From Nymphaea colorata (lineage: Eukaryota), in the NCBI RefSeq assembly GCF_008831285.2, contig NC_045138.2, positions 35,960,001 through 36,024,000 on the forward strand: DNA of 64,000 bases, read 5' to 3'. The number at the start of each line of letters is the position of its first letter. The stretch's first letter is position 1. Under the pieces are notes generated by a model that was given only the letters and a program-made list of their open reading frames with translations, made no database searches and was not told the origin of the DNA. Shown here piece by piece: positions 33,893 through 46,138 of this stretch. A program made the translations under genes and the position numbers.

Positions 33893-36789
33893 CTCTTCTC
33901 TTCCGCCCTTTTCCTTTTCCCGATGAGGAACCTCAACGATCGGCTTCGTCGGAGGAGGACTAGATGATTTGAGTGTGGGAAAGAAGAGGGTCGACGCGAG
34001 GGAAAAGGTTTCCACTGGCGGGCGGCAAAATACGGATGCCCAAAATCCTGCGTCAAAAATTAAAAACGTGAATTCTTTGCCAGTGGAAACCCACTATTCC
34101 GCCATATTCATGAATACTGGTTAACTGATTCAGAAAATCCGTGGAGCGTGTTTTTCATTGTTTTAATAACTTACAATGTTTTAAAACCGATTTTTAAATT
34201 ACAAATTTTAGATTTATATCACCAACAACGGGTTGATAAGGTCGGATGTTTATTGAATGCTTCGAATTGGACAAATCCAGTAAAGTGCATTGAAGGTGAG
34301 GGCGACTTGTGGGTTCCCTTTGTAAGAGGGATAGACAGTTTGGGCCTTATAAATATTCTAAAATCAAGTAAAACTTGAATGAAAAGTTTGACAACCCTGT
34401 CCACTTTTTAGAACGATGATGGCATTTAATTGTTTGACTAGAGGCATGGAAAATGTTTACATTGTACACAACAAGGGGCTCATGCAACTGAAATACGATC
34501 CACTGTATTTTAAACATTCAAATAATTTCAGGTTTTGCCAATAAACGGTTGTTGATCAACTTTGCCGGACGATTGAATTTAATATGTTGGAGTTGAAGGA
34601 AGTCAATAGTTTAAAACCCATTATTTGTTTTTTGCATGGATTAGCGATAAATTGCGCAAACTGGATGTACCTTAAAATGTAGAACGACGTGAAATGAACA
34701 AACTAAAGTGACCGAAGCAGTGATGAAGCCATAAGAAGGCACCGATCTACAAAATCTCGGTGATGCTTTAAATTAATGGGTTTTCCGAGTGAGTCTTCTT
34801 GGGAGCGTTTCATGGCATCAAATTTTGATTGTAGAATTAAAACTCCACTTCAAGCTGGAAATGGAATGAAAAGTATGGTTTCACCGAAAGCTTTCAAAAC
34901 TTGTGCCTCGGACAGAGATAAAATATAAAAAATAATAAATTTTTGAAAGTAAGATAGAAAAAATGGCCAACATGTCATCTATAAGTTTAGTTTTTTGAAA
35001 TCACCCATGGTCAAGACGTCCAATAACGGATGGCATCATCAAGCATCAAGTGACAAATAATACATTCGTTCACTATAGGAAAAAGATTACCATACACCAA
35101 AATGCAAAAGAAAAGAAAAATAAAAAAGGTGGTAGGCAGAATCCTTCTTGTAACATGATTTATACTGTTCACTAAATCCACGAGTTAGCTCCATTTTTGC
35201 ATATATTTTGTCCATTGTGCACTTTCTCATCCTTCCTTTTCTAATAAAGACCTCTGAAAATGTATTGAGAATTGAATTTCCTAAGAAAGCAGTTTACTGG
35301 GAGAACTTGGAAAGACGTACATATGCAAGGCCCGAAACGTTGACCACCTCATTTTCGTATTCAATGAATAATTAGAACAGCAGTAAATGCGATCGCGACA
35401 CAGCATCGAATATTTACTTTGTGACAGCCAGATAGGCAGATACGTATATGTGGAATTCAGACCTGGATCCAGATCCAATTTTAAGCGTACATGGGCAATC
35501 GGTTCAAATAAGCGGGCTGAATTTATTCACGAGCTCAGGTAAATGAAAACCCAACGTCTGGATCCAAGTAGAAGAATATCGTATTCGTGGGTATTTAATG
35601 GTCCAATGAGCATGTAGGGAGAGTCCAGCCCGACGTGATACTTCGTAATAAAATGTAAAATAACTTTTACATGTTTTTAGTTTCTTTTGGATAGATTCTA
35701 TCGATATCTCACTTCTTTGTTATTGTTGTTATTATATATATGACAATTTGTTCGTCTTGTGTTCGGTCCGGGTCCTAGTGTCTCCCCAGGCTCTGAGGCT
35801 TGGTGGTGCCACCTGGCTGAGTTGGGTGGTAGCTTGGTTGTCTGGATCTCTACTATCCAGAAGTTCAGAATTTATAGAGAGAGAGAGAGAGATAGTGAGA
35901 CGAGGGAGACGAGGAGAAGGGAAGGAAGGAATCAGAGGCTATAAAGTTGGAGGGATCAATTCCTTTCTGTCTTTATTCGAAGAGTTCATCTGTTTATTCC
36001 CCTTGTTTTGGGGATCGCATGGCCTCGAGTCATACTTGGTGGGATTTCTAGCTCCCGTTTTTGCAGCGTAAGTATCACGATGATCTGTTCTTTCGTTTAT
36101 CATGCGATATATTGGATGCCCAATTCGGAACACCGACTATCTCTCCTGAGTTCTTGATTTCGTGTTCTTGCTTTTCACTCCTCTTGCGTTTTGCTTTACT
36201 GAAAATTTCGGAAGGCTTGTCTAATTTTCGGCCGCTTCTGTGAAAAATGGGTTCTGAAAAAAATCAAGTGAAGTGGCAGATTTTTAATCGTGAAGAACTT
36301 AAGTGATTTGTCTACATAGTGTGTTTCTTATTTGCTGTTGCCACGAGAGCGTAAAGGTGTATAATTTTTATCTGCTACTGTCTATGTTTTCTTCTTTATA
36401 ATTGGGAGGAGTTTTTTTTCCCTCCATGATCATGTATATGCTTCCTATTTCTAAATCTGACGAATTTTTACGACACGTACATACATTGGTATGCACGTAT
36501 TCAGGATCTTTTTGTTTATCGTTAGAAGAGAAATTATATTTTTTTATTCGTTCTTCCCTTTTCTCCTTCCCGCAACCTTCATCTTTCTTTGCTCAACTGC
36601 TGGGTCTCTCAGGGCTCTCTCTCTGTCTCTGTGGAGGGCCTCCGGCCAGCAACGGTCGACTGTCATCAGCAGCAGCGCCATGGGGAAGATGGTTCCGCCG
36701 TTGAGCTTCTCCATGTTGCTCTCTATTTTCCCTTTACGACTGACACACTCTGTCTCACTCTCTCTAGTTACCGCGTACTTGCTTGCTGT

Positions 36790-36930
36790 TTTGGGTTGTG
36801 TGTCTTGGAGTTCTATTATTGTTAGGCATGTGAAATATGGGGAATTGATGGTTGCACATAAATTGTTTGTTGAAATGCCCCAGAAGGATGTGGTGTTGTG
36901 GAACTTGTTGATTGTGGCCTGTGGGCCACC
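36790..36930 (+). pseudogene. Short PPR fragment within the inferred 5'UTR intron of the CDS gene
   Basis: VSWSSIIVRHVKYGELMVAHKLFVEMPQKDVVLWNLLIVAC, a typical short-type PPR motif. Confidence 0.65.
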
Positions 36931-39229
36931 TGAAAGCAAGGATATGAATTCTGCGGCGGCATTATGAATGCGTGTGAGCTTTTTAATAAGGAACTTGCCT
37001 AGTTTTTTGGTCAGCCAAAGTTTTGGATTCCAGCAGTTTTCCGCTACCTTCTTCACATCGCAGCTCAGCGAATTAGTTCACGCTTCTAGCTATTCATGCT
37101 CCAGTACTAAGCTGCTTCAACGTGCAAACAGAGACTTTAAAAGTTAGACACCTGATTATATCTTTTTTTTGTGTGTGCTTCCAACTCATAGTCATGTTTT
37201 GAAGGTTTTGTGTGTGACCTTAACTATGAGTCTGGTACTGTTGAGGGTTGAACTTTATGTGCTACAATAAATAACTGAGAAAATTAGCTCGTAGCTCTTA
37301 TATCTGTCTGCATTTATACCTTAATAAGAGTTTGGAGGAAGCTTTAAAGTCTGCACACTAGTTGAATGCCGCACAGTCTATCTTCATGGTAATGAACAGT
37401 ATGGTCTGCAATCTGCGTTGAGGCATGGGACAACTAGTATTGCATACTTGGCAGGATGTACTTGTCTCTTCCAATTTTCCTTTCTGTTTAATCCCAAACG
37501 TTGACAAAAATGTCTACGACTATCTTATGGACAATTTAGGCACTAAAAGGTGTTTTAACTGAGCATAGCCTTATAGCCCATGGAGGGAAACATGTTGAAA
37601 ATTTGCAATTATTCTCAGGTCATAGCTGGTTACTGTGACATGTCTGGTCTAATATGCATATACAATTATTTATTTCCTTTTGGTTGCTCCTTTTCTTGTC
37701 TAATTTGTCTGATTTTTGTTCAAGTGTGATAAATAGAGCAATTAGTTTAACTAGAACATTTTCATGACTTTGTGAAAACTGTAATTTGGGTGACAGAATC
37801 CATGATTAACAAGGCATGTAAAGACTGAGTGATAAATTATCTAACTAAAGAAGGAAAAAGAATTCTTACTCTTTCTGAATAAAATGCATAGACATATATA
37901 AATTAAATGTTGTCATATTCATAACAACATGATTTTTTCATTATTTTTTTATTGATATCATATATTTTACTAATTTGATGTTGAAGCTTACACTTTAATA
38001 CCTCGAGGCTTCCATCTCATTTTATGATGGGCTCTGTGCTTAACTTTCCTGAATGCCTCTAACAACATTGAGAGAGAGAGAGTCCTTATGGACAATCATA
38101 ACAGCTTTGCCTCAATGCCTCTAACAACGTAGAGAGAGAGAGAGAGAGTCCTTACGGACAATCATAACCTTCTGGTTTTCAGAAATGACAAGTTAGGTTG
38201 TAAGCATCACCCATTTGGTCTTCTTTTCCTTTTCATTTGGATGTGTGAATATTAAGATGACAATTATGCACATTTATAGCAATCATGTATTGATTTGCCA
38301 ACTGGATTTTCATGTCGATATCAAAATGATTCCTCCAAGGCCCAAGCAAGTCACTATTTGCAGATGAGTAGTTTTTGATTTTGTGGTTGTCGTTGTTGGT
38401 GCTGATTGTTGTAAAAAATTGACTATTGCAGTTATTTACTCTTTCTTTTCATGAATTTTAATAGTTGGACCTCTTTAAGTAAGCATGCTGTGAATTCATC
38501 ACTGAACCTACAAAGAAAGTCTCTACTAGCGGTGCTAATATCAATAATCATCTCAGGAAAGCAGGAAACGATTAGAAAGTAAACGAAATTAAAAGAAAAT
38601 AATCGAGACAAGAAATTTGAGGAAAAAAACTAAGGAACTCATATTATATCAAACCTGTGGACTATTTATTACGATACAATCTCCACCTATTTATGTAAGA
38701 AGAAGATATAATGTAGAAAGATAGTCTTAAAATATTGATTGTGAATAGTAAGGTATATTATTATCCTTATAATCTCCTAACAATTAACAAAAACAAAAAA
38801 ATATCATAATATGGAGAAGTAATACTAAATCTAGTAAAGTAATTTTTAAATAAATTCAAAATATCTATCCAGCTATCATATGCTTTGATCTCCTGCATCT
38901 AAGTCGAATACATCCTTGCGTTTGAAAGAAATTTTGTCAAGTTATTTTGTGTTTGGCCAGTCACTGACTTACATCTGATTACAGTGTATCTGTGCTCATT
39001 TACTACTTCATTTATCTGGAATCATCCGTAACTTATTTGATGGCCTGAATGAATTCCTGCAGTTGTTGTGAACTTTTTCTCCTTTGGTTGTAACTAACTG
39101 GTTCTGTTAGTTGCGTATGACTTCTAAGGCTGAAATTGATGCTTTTTTGTCTAGTTGTGTGGGGGGTACCTTGCTGTTTCCTTTATCCAGTGATCTAGGC
39201 ATGTGGTTGGATACAACGAGAAGGCAATT

Positions 39230-42200
39230 ATGTCGACTACACAAAGAGATAGCTCAAGCAATCCTTCAACTTCATACACTTTCAACCGGATCCGGCATCG
39301 TAGGCGTTCAAATGAGGTTAGCTATAATACTCACTATGTGCTTGTCTATTTTTGCTTTTTTCTCTTTTATTTTATTGGTTTAAGAATGTTAAGATTTTGC
39401 CTCAAGGGGCATAGCGTAGCTGGTCGAGCTAGGGGCCTGTATAAAGGCAGGTCTCTAGTTCGATTCCCATGGGCGTTATGTTCTTGTGTCTTAAGGCGGT
39501 AGGACGCGGTGTCCAAGTTGAAGGGTGCACCGTTGCTATCGCTGACACCGACGCAGCTCAGGACCCCGGAGGCAGGGGGAATGGGGGGGCCTTCGGGCCT
39601 TTTTCGGGCAGTGGGATTAATACCTCTCGTTCACCCGGAAGAATGTTAAGGTTTTAAATTCTGCCATATTTAATATGTTCTGTTGTACTGACGTGCACCT
39701 CAGTTCATCAATTTTTGTGAACATGTATCAGTTCTTTGTAGCAGTCGAACAGTTTATGTTGCTACCCTTTTGGTCCCTTTGGTTTTTTGAGTTGCTCTTA
39801 CAACTTAGTGTGATCCACTTTGGAAACATTATTTGTATAACAAATGATCAACTTGCTAGATTAATTGACAATCAGTTCCTTAAATTTGTGGATGTGCTAT
39901 TTACTATCTTGTATCATATGAAAGCACCTTGGCATTTCTGGTGGTTTTGTAATTTGTGAGGCTTCATTGATTATATGCTGTCTGTAATCCATATGTGCAC
40001 CATTTGTTAATGTTACTAAAAGTGGTTGTTTCCAATATAATTCTTATAATCAGTTGGTTAATTCAGGTCATCCATGAGGCAGACAAAGCAAGTGGAGGCC
40101 ATTTGCTTGTTGATGACCAAAACAAGTATAAGTCCATGCGAACACGTGCATGGTCAACTGTCTGGATGCTTGGAGGATTTGCTTTGATCATTTATATGGG
40201 ACATCTCTATATTTGGGCAATGATCATAGCCATCCAAATCTTTATGGTAAGGGAAGTTTTCAACTTAGCAAGAAAGGCTCGTGAAGATAGAGATCTTCCT
40301 GGATTTAGGATTCTGAATTGGTAAGTACTTTGTCTTCTGTATGGATTTTAAAATTACCTTTTATTTACTTGTTTGTTATGAACATCAACTATATGTTAAG
40401 GTGTTTGATGTGCTGGTTCACCCTCTAATAGGATTGCTTCTGCATATGAAATGTATCTTCTTGTTTTCTCTTTTTCAGGCATTTCTTTTTCACAACAATG
40501 ATATTTGTCTATGGCTATTTTCTTCGGCGGCAGCTGGTGAACACTGTACTCTCAGATAAATTCTTATATCGGCTCGTGAGCAGCTTTATCAAATATCAGC
40601 TGTTTATATGCTATTTCTTGTACATCTCAGGCAGGTTATTCTACTCTCCTGTAGTTAAGTTTGACCATATAGATGGAGTTTCATACTCTTTTTTTTTTTT
40701 TTTGGATTTTCCTCCTTTCTTTGTTTCTCTGAATGTGTCTCACGTTTCAGACATTTTGAATCAGCAGACATTCCACAAGGTCAATGCTAATTTTGTATAG
40801 ATGAACGTATGTGTAGACAATTAACCTGTTGTTCTATATGCTTTTGAACACATGATGTTCCTAAACAATGATGCACATGGGTGCTGTTTATGATAAGAAG
40901 TCTGCCATTCTGCTTCAGCCCTTAAGATGTGCTGCCTTAAAATGCTTCCTATCTTCATGATGTTTTTCTCCATAATGTTTTCAGGCTTTGTATGGTTCAT
41001 ACTTACTCTAAAGATGAAGATGTACAAGTATCAGTTTGGCCAGTTTGCTTGGACGCACATGATTCTGCTTGTTGTGTTCACCCAATCTGCATTTACTGTA
41101 GCAAACATATTTGAAGGGATTTTCTGGTAATTTACTTTTTTGAACCTATTCTTTGTCTGAATTCTGCCATTTGGAACCTCCTTTATTAATTTGAAATTTT
41201 ATGTTTCCCCTAGAGCATCTTTTAGAATTTCAGTTTTTGTGTAGTTATTTTATCTTCTTTACATCATAGACAGCCATATCGAGCGCCTCTTTCAAGTGGA
41301 ATGATTGTATAATTTATAAAATTTTTCTATGTCATAAGTTATTTTGGATCAAATGTTGTATTCCTTCTGAATTTAGTTGTTTAGTTTGGATCTGGATGGA
41401 TAATCTCCATTTGGAATGGAAGTTTTGGGGAGTATGTATTGGCAATTTTTTTCCCAAATAGGTGGTGACTTGGAGGTCAAAATGTGAGCTAGCTGAACTG
41501 GTGGGAGACTCAGAACAGAGGGAAACGTTATTCTGGATCAGATGTTGTATTTCTTCTGAATTTAGTTCTTTATTTTGGATAGACAACCTTCATTTGGAAT
41601 GGAAATTCGTGGGAGTACTTATTAGCAATTCTTTGCCCAAATATGTTGTGACTTGGATGTCAAACTTTGAGCTGGCAAAACTGGTGGATTTTACTAAACA
41701 GGCCATTGTGGTTTGTGTGCATGAAGATTCTATTTGACTAAGTCCTACCTTTTGCTTCTTTATGATGGATGTGATTGAAGATATGATGCCTGATTGCTAT
41801 TTGGGAATTTCTGTTCTAGCTAACAGTAAAGTCTTTTAGGACATGACCAGGATCGATGCCCTATGAAGCAGCAAAGAGATGGATGGCATTGCATTTCATA
41901 TTCCAGCTGCTGAAAGTAACCCATGATATTCTACCTTGGATAGCATAAAGCGATCCTGATCATGAACAGCATGTTCGTCTACATTCTGGTTGTGCATTGG
42001 CATTTTGGGGGCCTATCTTCTATCTTCTATGTTCATGTCAATTGATTGTTTTCTTGTTATTTGTGTTTTCCTTTTCATTTGAGGGGCTTTTTTGGAAATA
42101 CTTCTGAAGCATTGGTTGGAGTATTTTACTTGATAAATTTTCTCTGTAAAGCTATTACTTTCTGCTATACTGGATTATATTTGTTAGTTGTTTTTGCTAT

Positions 42201-44183
42201 TGCTTGATTTCAGTGAATCCCTGAATCCGGGTTCCATTTTCTGCAGGTTTCTTCTGCCTGCGTTTCTTATTGTTATTAATGACATTGCTGCTTATATTTT
42301 TGGCTTCTTCTTTGGCCGAACACCTTTGATCAAGTTATCTCCGAAGAAAACTTGGGAAGGCTTCATTGGGGCATCTGTTACAACCATAATATCAGCATTC
42401 TTGGTGAGCTTCTCCTGTTCATTGTCACTGTTAACTTGGTTTCGAAATGCTGAGGTTTATGCATACCTCTTTAAGAGTGAAAAGCATATTGTAATTTTTG
42501 AAGGCCTCCAGTTAGCAGCCATCTGATAATGTTACCGAAAAAGAAAAATTATATACTTGTGACATGCACATGAGACTGCTCGATTGATTGCTTTCATGAT
42601 GACACTTCATTGAAAGATGGTTAAGATAATGGCATATACATATATCAAGCTGAGGCACAATAGGAGGTTTTCCATTATGCTAATGCATTTCCATGTTTTT
42701 GTGTAGTTAGCAAACTTTTTGGGACGTTTCCAATGGCTAACATGTCCAAGGAAGGCAAGTGCTCATTATTTTTAATTTAAGTTTCTTGAAAGACCGTTCT
42801 TACTAATGATAACAATATTTGCAGGATCTATCTACAGGGTGGCTCCATTGTGATCCTGGTCCTTTGTTCAAGCCTAAATGTTACTCCCTTGGGATGTTGC
42901 CTTCCTGGGTGAGTGACCAAAAGTTCTGTAGACTTCTTCTGTATTACCTTCGTCTTTGGTTCTATTCATGATTCATGAAGCAACTGAAAATTTCCAGTGG
43001 AGGTGGTAAATGATTGCACCTGTTGATTTTATTAATATTTTTCATGGTCAGTTCATTATCACATCAAGAAGTGGTCCTAGTAATTTTATATTGGTTGATT
43101 ACTATATTGTTCCATAAGGTGTTTGATATCGTTGCAATGATGAGGCTGGTCTGCGTCAATTCGATATGAGTTGGTTTATGTGTGCCACATGTTTGCTTTG
43201 ATGTATTATAGTTGTCCATGACTACGAGTACTACTTTCTCGTTACTTCTTTCTAGAGGGACCTTGCTGGTGGTTTTCATGCATCTGTTGGTCATCGTCCC
43301 CTATTCATGGATTTCTTATTCGATGCTGTGTTAACACTGGGTCCTATCATTGTGTGCCTCTTCCCTGTGATTATATGACCTTGTTATCTAAAAGGATGCT
43401 TGCTTTTGATGCTAAGCACCATATAATTTATTCTCTTTCCTAATTTCCCCAGTTCCCTTGGAAAGAGATCACAGTTTTGCCTGTTCAGTGGCATGCTTTA
43501 GCACTTGGACTATTTGCATCGAGCATAGCACCTTTTGGTGGTTTTTTCGCAAGTGGCTTCAAAAGGGCCTTTAAGATCAAGGTTTTCTTTCGCATCCCGT
43601 CCAATTGAACTTTAAATACCATTCGTATCATGAGTTATGTGAAACCTTTAAATAAATTTGTCTCTTGTTGCAGGACTTTGGTGACAGCATACCTGGGCAT
43701 GGTGGCATGACTGATCGCATGGATTGTCAGGTGGTCATTTATCGTTAATTGTTAATCACACTGCTGCCAAGTGCCAAACTCTTATACTTTTACCTAATTA
43801 ATGTTTGCTTATTTTTTTCTTGAAATCCCCGCAGATGGTGATGGCTGTATTCTCTTACATCTATTATCAGTCATTCATTGTGCCTCATAACGACACCGTT
43901 GACACTATCCTTCAACAGGTACGTGCATTAGAATGGATTGTAGACAACTGTTTTGGATACTGATTGGTGCCTTCAGTCTTAGAATGCAAACTGTTGCTCT
44001 GTGCACGTGCATTAGAATGGATTGTAGATAACTGTTTTTTATACCAATTGGTGCCTTCAGTCTTAGAATGCTAACTGTTGCTCTGTTCTCCAGATCTTGG
44101 GTAACCTATCAATCGAGGATCAAATCGACCTATATAGGCAGCTTGGTGATAGACTGATGGCGTCGCATCTCAATAGCTCTTGA
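39230..44183 (+). CDS. Phosphatidate cytidylyltransferase (CDP-diacylglycerol synthase, ER-type CDS1/2/3 group), 427 aa
   Basis: 11 exons: 39230-39316, 40067-40320, 40479-40630, 40985-41126, 42247-42403, 42707-42754, 42825-42908, 43453-43581, 43674-43730, 43835-43918, 44094-44183 (1284 nt). Motifs [12 protein letters not shown] and [30 protein letters not shown] probable non-coding first exon spans ~35750-36067. Confidence 0.96.
39399..39638 (+). mobile_element. tRNA-derived SINE
   Basis: 17-bp TSD AAGAATGTTAAG(A/G)TTTT at 39382-39398 and 39639-39655. Pol III A-box TAGCGTAGCTGG (39412-39423) and B-box AGTTCGATTCC (39457-39467). GC-rich 240-bp body inside an AT-rich intron. Confidence 0.92.
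41337..41690. repeat. Diverged ~165-bp direct duplication in CDS intron 4
   Basis: ~41337-41505 and ~41527-41688 share GTTATT.TGGATCA.ATGTTGTATT.CTTCTGAATTTAGTT...CATTTGGAATGGAA...AACTGGTGG. Confidence 0.85.
43921..44088. repeat. 84-bp tandem duplication making up nearly the whole last CDS intron
   Basis: Units 43921-44004 and 44005-44088. Confidence 0.93.
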
Positions 44184-46138
44184 AGCTTACCCCTGTAACA
44201 TAAATACTTGTTTTGTATAGGCGGTTTCTGTCCATGTCCTGTTCCCGACATTTCTTGTTTCTCCTTATTTGGAAAAGTTGGGCAGCTTTAGTTAAGTTTG
44301 ATTTTGTTTTTCTGCTCTGAAGAACATGGTTCAGTGAACGTTCACCTCTCTCTCTCGATTGAGATGGAAGTGGTTTTGCGTCTTCACATTTACTCGATTG
44401 TTTCAAGTCTCCTATCGTTGAGAACTATGCGCTCTGCTTCAAAGTGGCCACAATGTCAATGAGGCAACAAGAATGATAAATCCGTCGATGGCCATAATCA
44501 CGAACCTTTGTCTACGGATTTTTTCTTCGATAAGCGAAAGCTTGTGAACGATCTTGATCTTTTTCCATATCAATATTGCTAGAGTCAGAAAGGACAAATA
44601 AAAATTGCAAACTAAAAACAATAAATGAGAGCCTCGAGATGCTTCTCCCGGTAGTATGTTGCCGGCGTCCCTTTGATCGAGCCAATTCAACTCCCTGTTG
44701 GAGACTCAAACGGCTTGTTGAATTGTGCTCTGCCTGTATCATCTTCTTAAACACGCTGAGTCGATTGCCTGCGTAACAAGACTGAGATAACTACGCAGTG
44801 AAATACTCGTCCCTACACGGATGAGAAAAATCTCAGAAATGTTTTCCGCGTTTGACATTCAGTTGGAACTTGGAAGTCAATGACGCCGACTGAAAATCCA
44901 GATTTTCTGCGAATCCAATCTTTTTGCACCCTCGATTTTTGGAGTAACAAGCACTCCCAAAGAGTTCTCTCCAACTGCCCCTGGATTCAACACGGAAATT
45001 TTTAGGTTGAGGAAGGTCGGGATTGTAATACCTGCCTTTCAATTGTATGATCGTGTAATTTGCGCAACGTCAGCATGCCTTTTGAAAAGGAAAAAGAAGG
45101 CATTTTCCCCACCAAGCTGGCGGCAACCCATGTCACAATGACATGAAAATGGCTTACTTAATTGCGGTTCAAGTTTAAAGTGCTTTAAAAGGACCAACTA
45201 TGGAAGCGCTTTTTTCTACTTTTTTTTTTTGTTTTTAGTATAAAAAGCAGAAAATCATCCAAAAGGTTGAGGGTTCATTTCAACTTCATCCATGACGTGG
45301 GAGATCGACATGTTCCACCTGCCTTGTTATTGACAAATCCATCCCCCTTATTGGCACTTATAAGACAAGTTTATCAAGTTGCCGCTTTAACCATGACTAA
45401 CAACCTCATGCACCTACGAGCATGAATCTGTGACATATTGGTTCACTCAATTTTTTATTTTCTCCAAAAAACTTGCATCATTTCATTAGAAAGAAAAGAA
45501 AAATAATTGATAAGTTTAACCTCAAGTTCTAAGTTAGAAACTGAAACAAAAGATAAAGGATAGAATTGCTAATTATTTACAAACTCGGAAATGAATTTGG
45601 CATCAACCCACAGATTAGTTTCAAACTTCCAAAAGATTAGGATGGCAGTACCAAGCAGAAGTCAATGCCCGACAAGAGGCACGTCTCTGTAGCATAAGAC
45701 AAAGCAACCGCGAATTAATTTTCCCTTAGACACAAAAAGGCTCATAAACCATTCAATGGTGGAAACAAAATTCTGCCATAGATCAAATTTGCCAGTCAAA
45801 TGGGAAACACAGGAACTCTGGACCAGAGAACCCCATCTAAGACGTGGCTACACATACATTTCAAGCCATCAATAAAAATGTTACTCAACTTGTGAGAAGC
45901 AAAGATATCCGAAAGAGTTGAATATCTAAACCCCTCAAAGATCGCCATCATTCTTTTGTACCTTTGAACCAAGATCTAAATCACAGCCGAGATTTCCTTG
46001 CCTTCTTCTAGCTTGCTGTTTTTCCCCAAAATCAGGAAATCCAAAGGAAGCTACTAAATGAACGAAGGACAAGTGACTACTAGGGGACAGGATTCAGAGT
46101 GAAGAAGGATCATGTAGAATATTCTATCGCAGGGATCC

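Noticed and set aside
38533..38782. Possible solo LTR in the CDS leader intron
   Set aside because: LTR-like composition and TG...CA ends, but no matching TSD and no partner in the window.
39405..39478. Possible tRNA gene
   Set aside because: It has A/B boxes but no convincing cloverleaf, and it is the head of a TSD-flanked SINE.
44439..45042. Short ORFs between the convergent CDS and UBC genes
   Set aside because: No motif or consistent exon chain that I could support.
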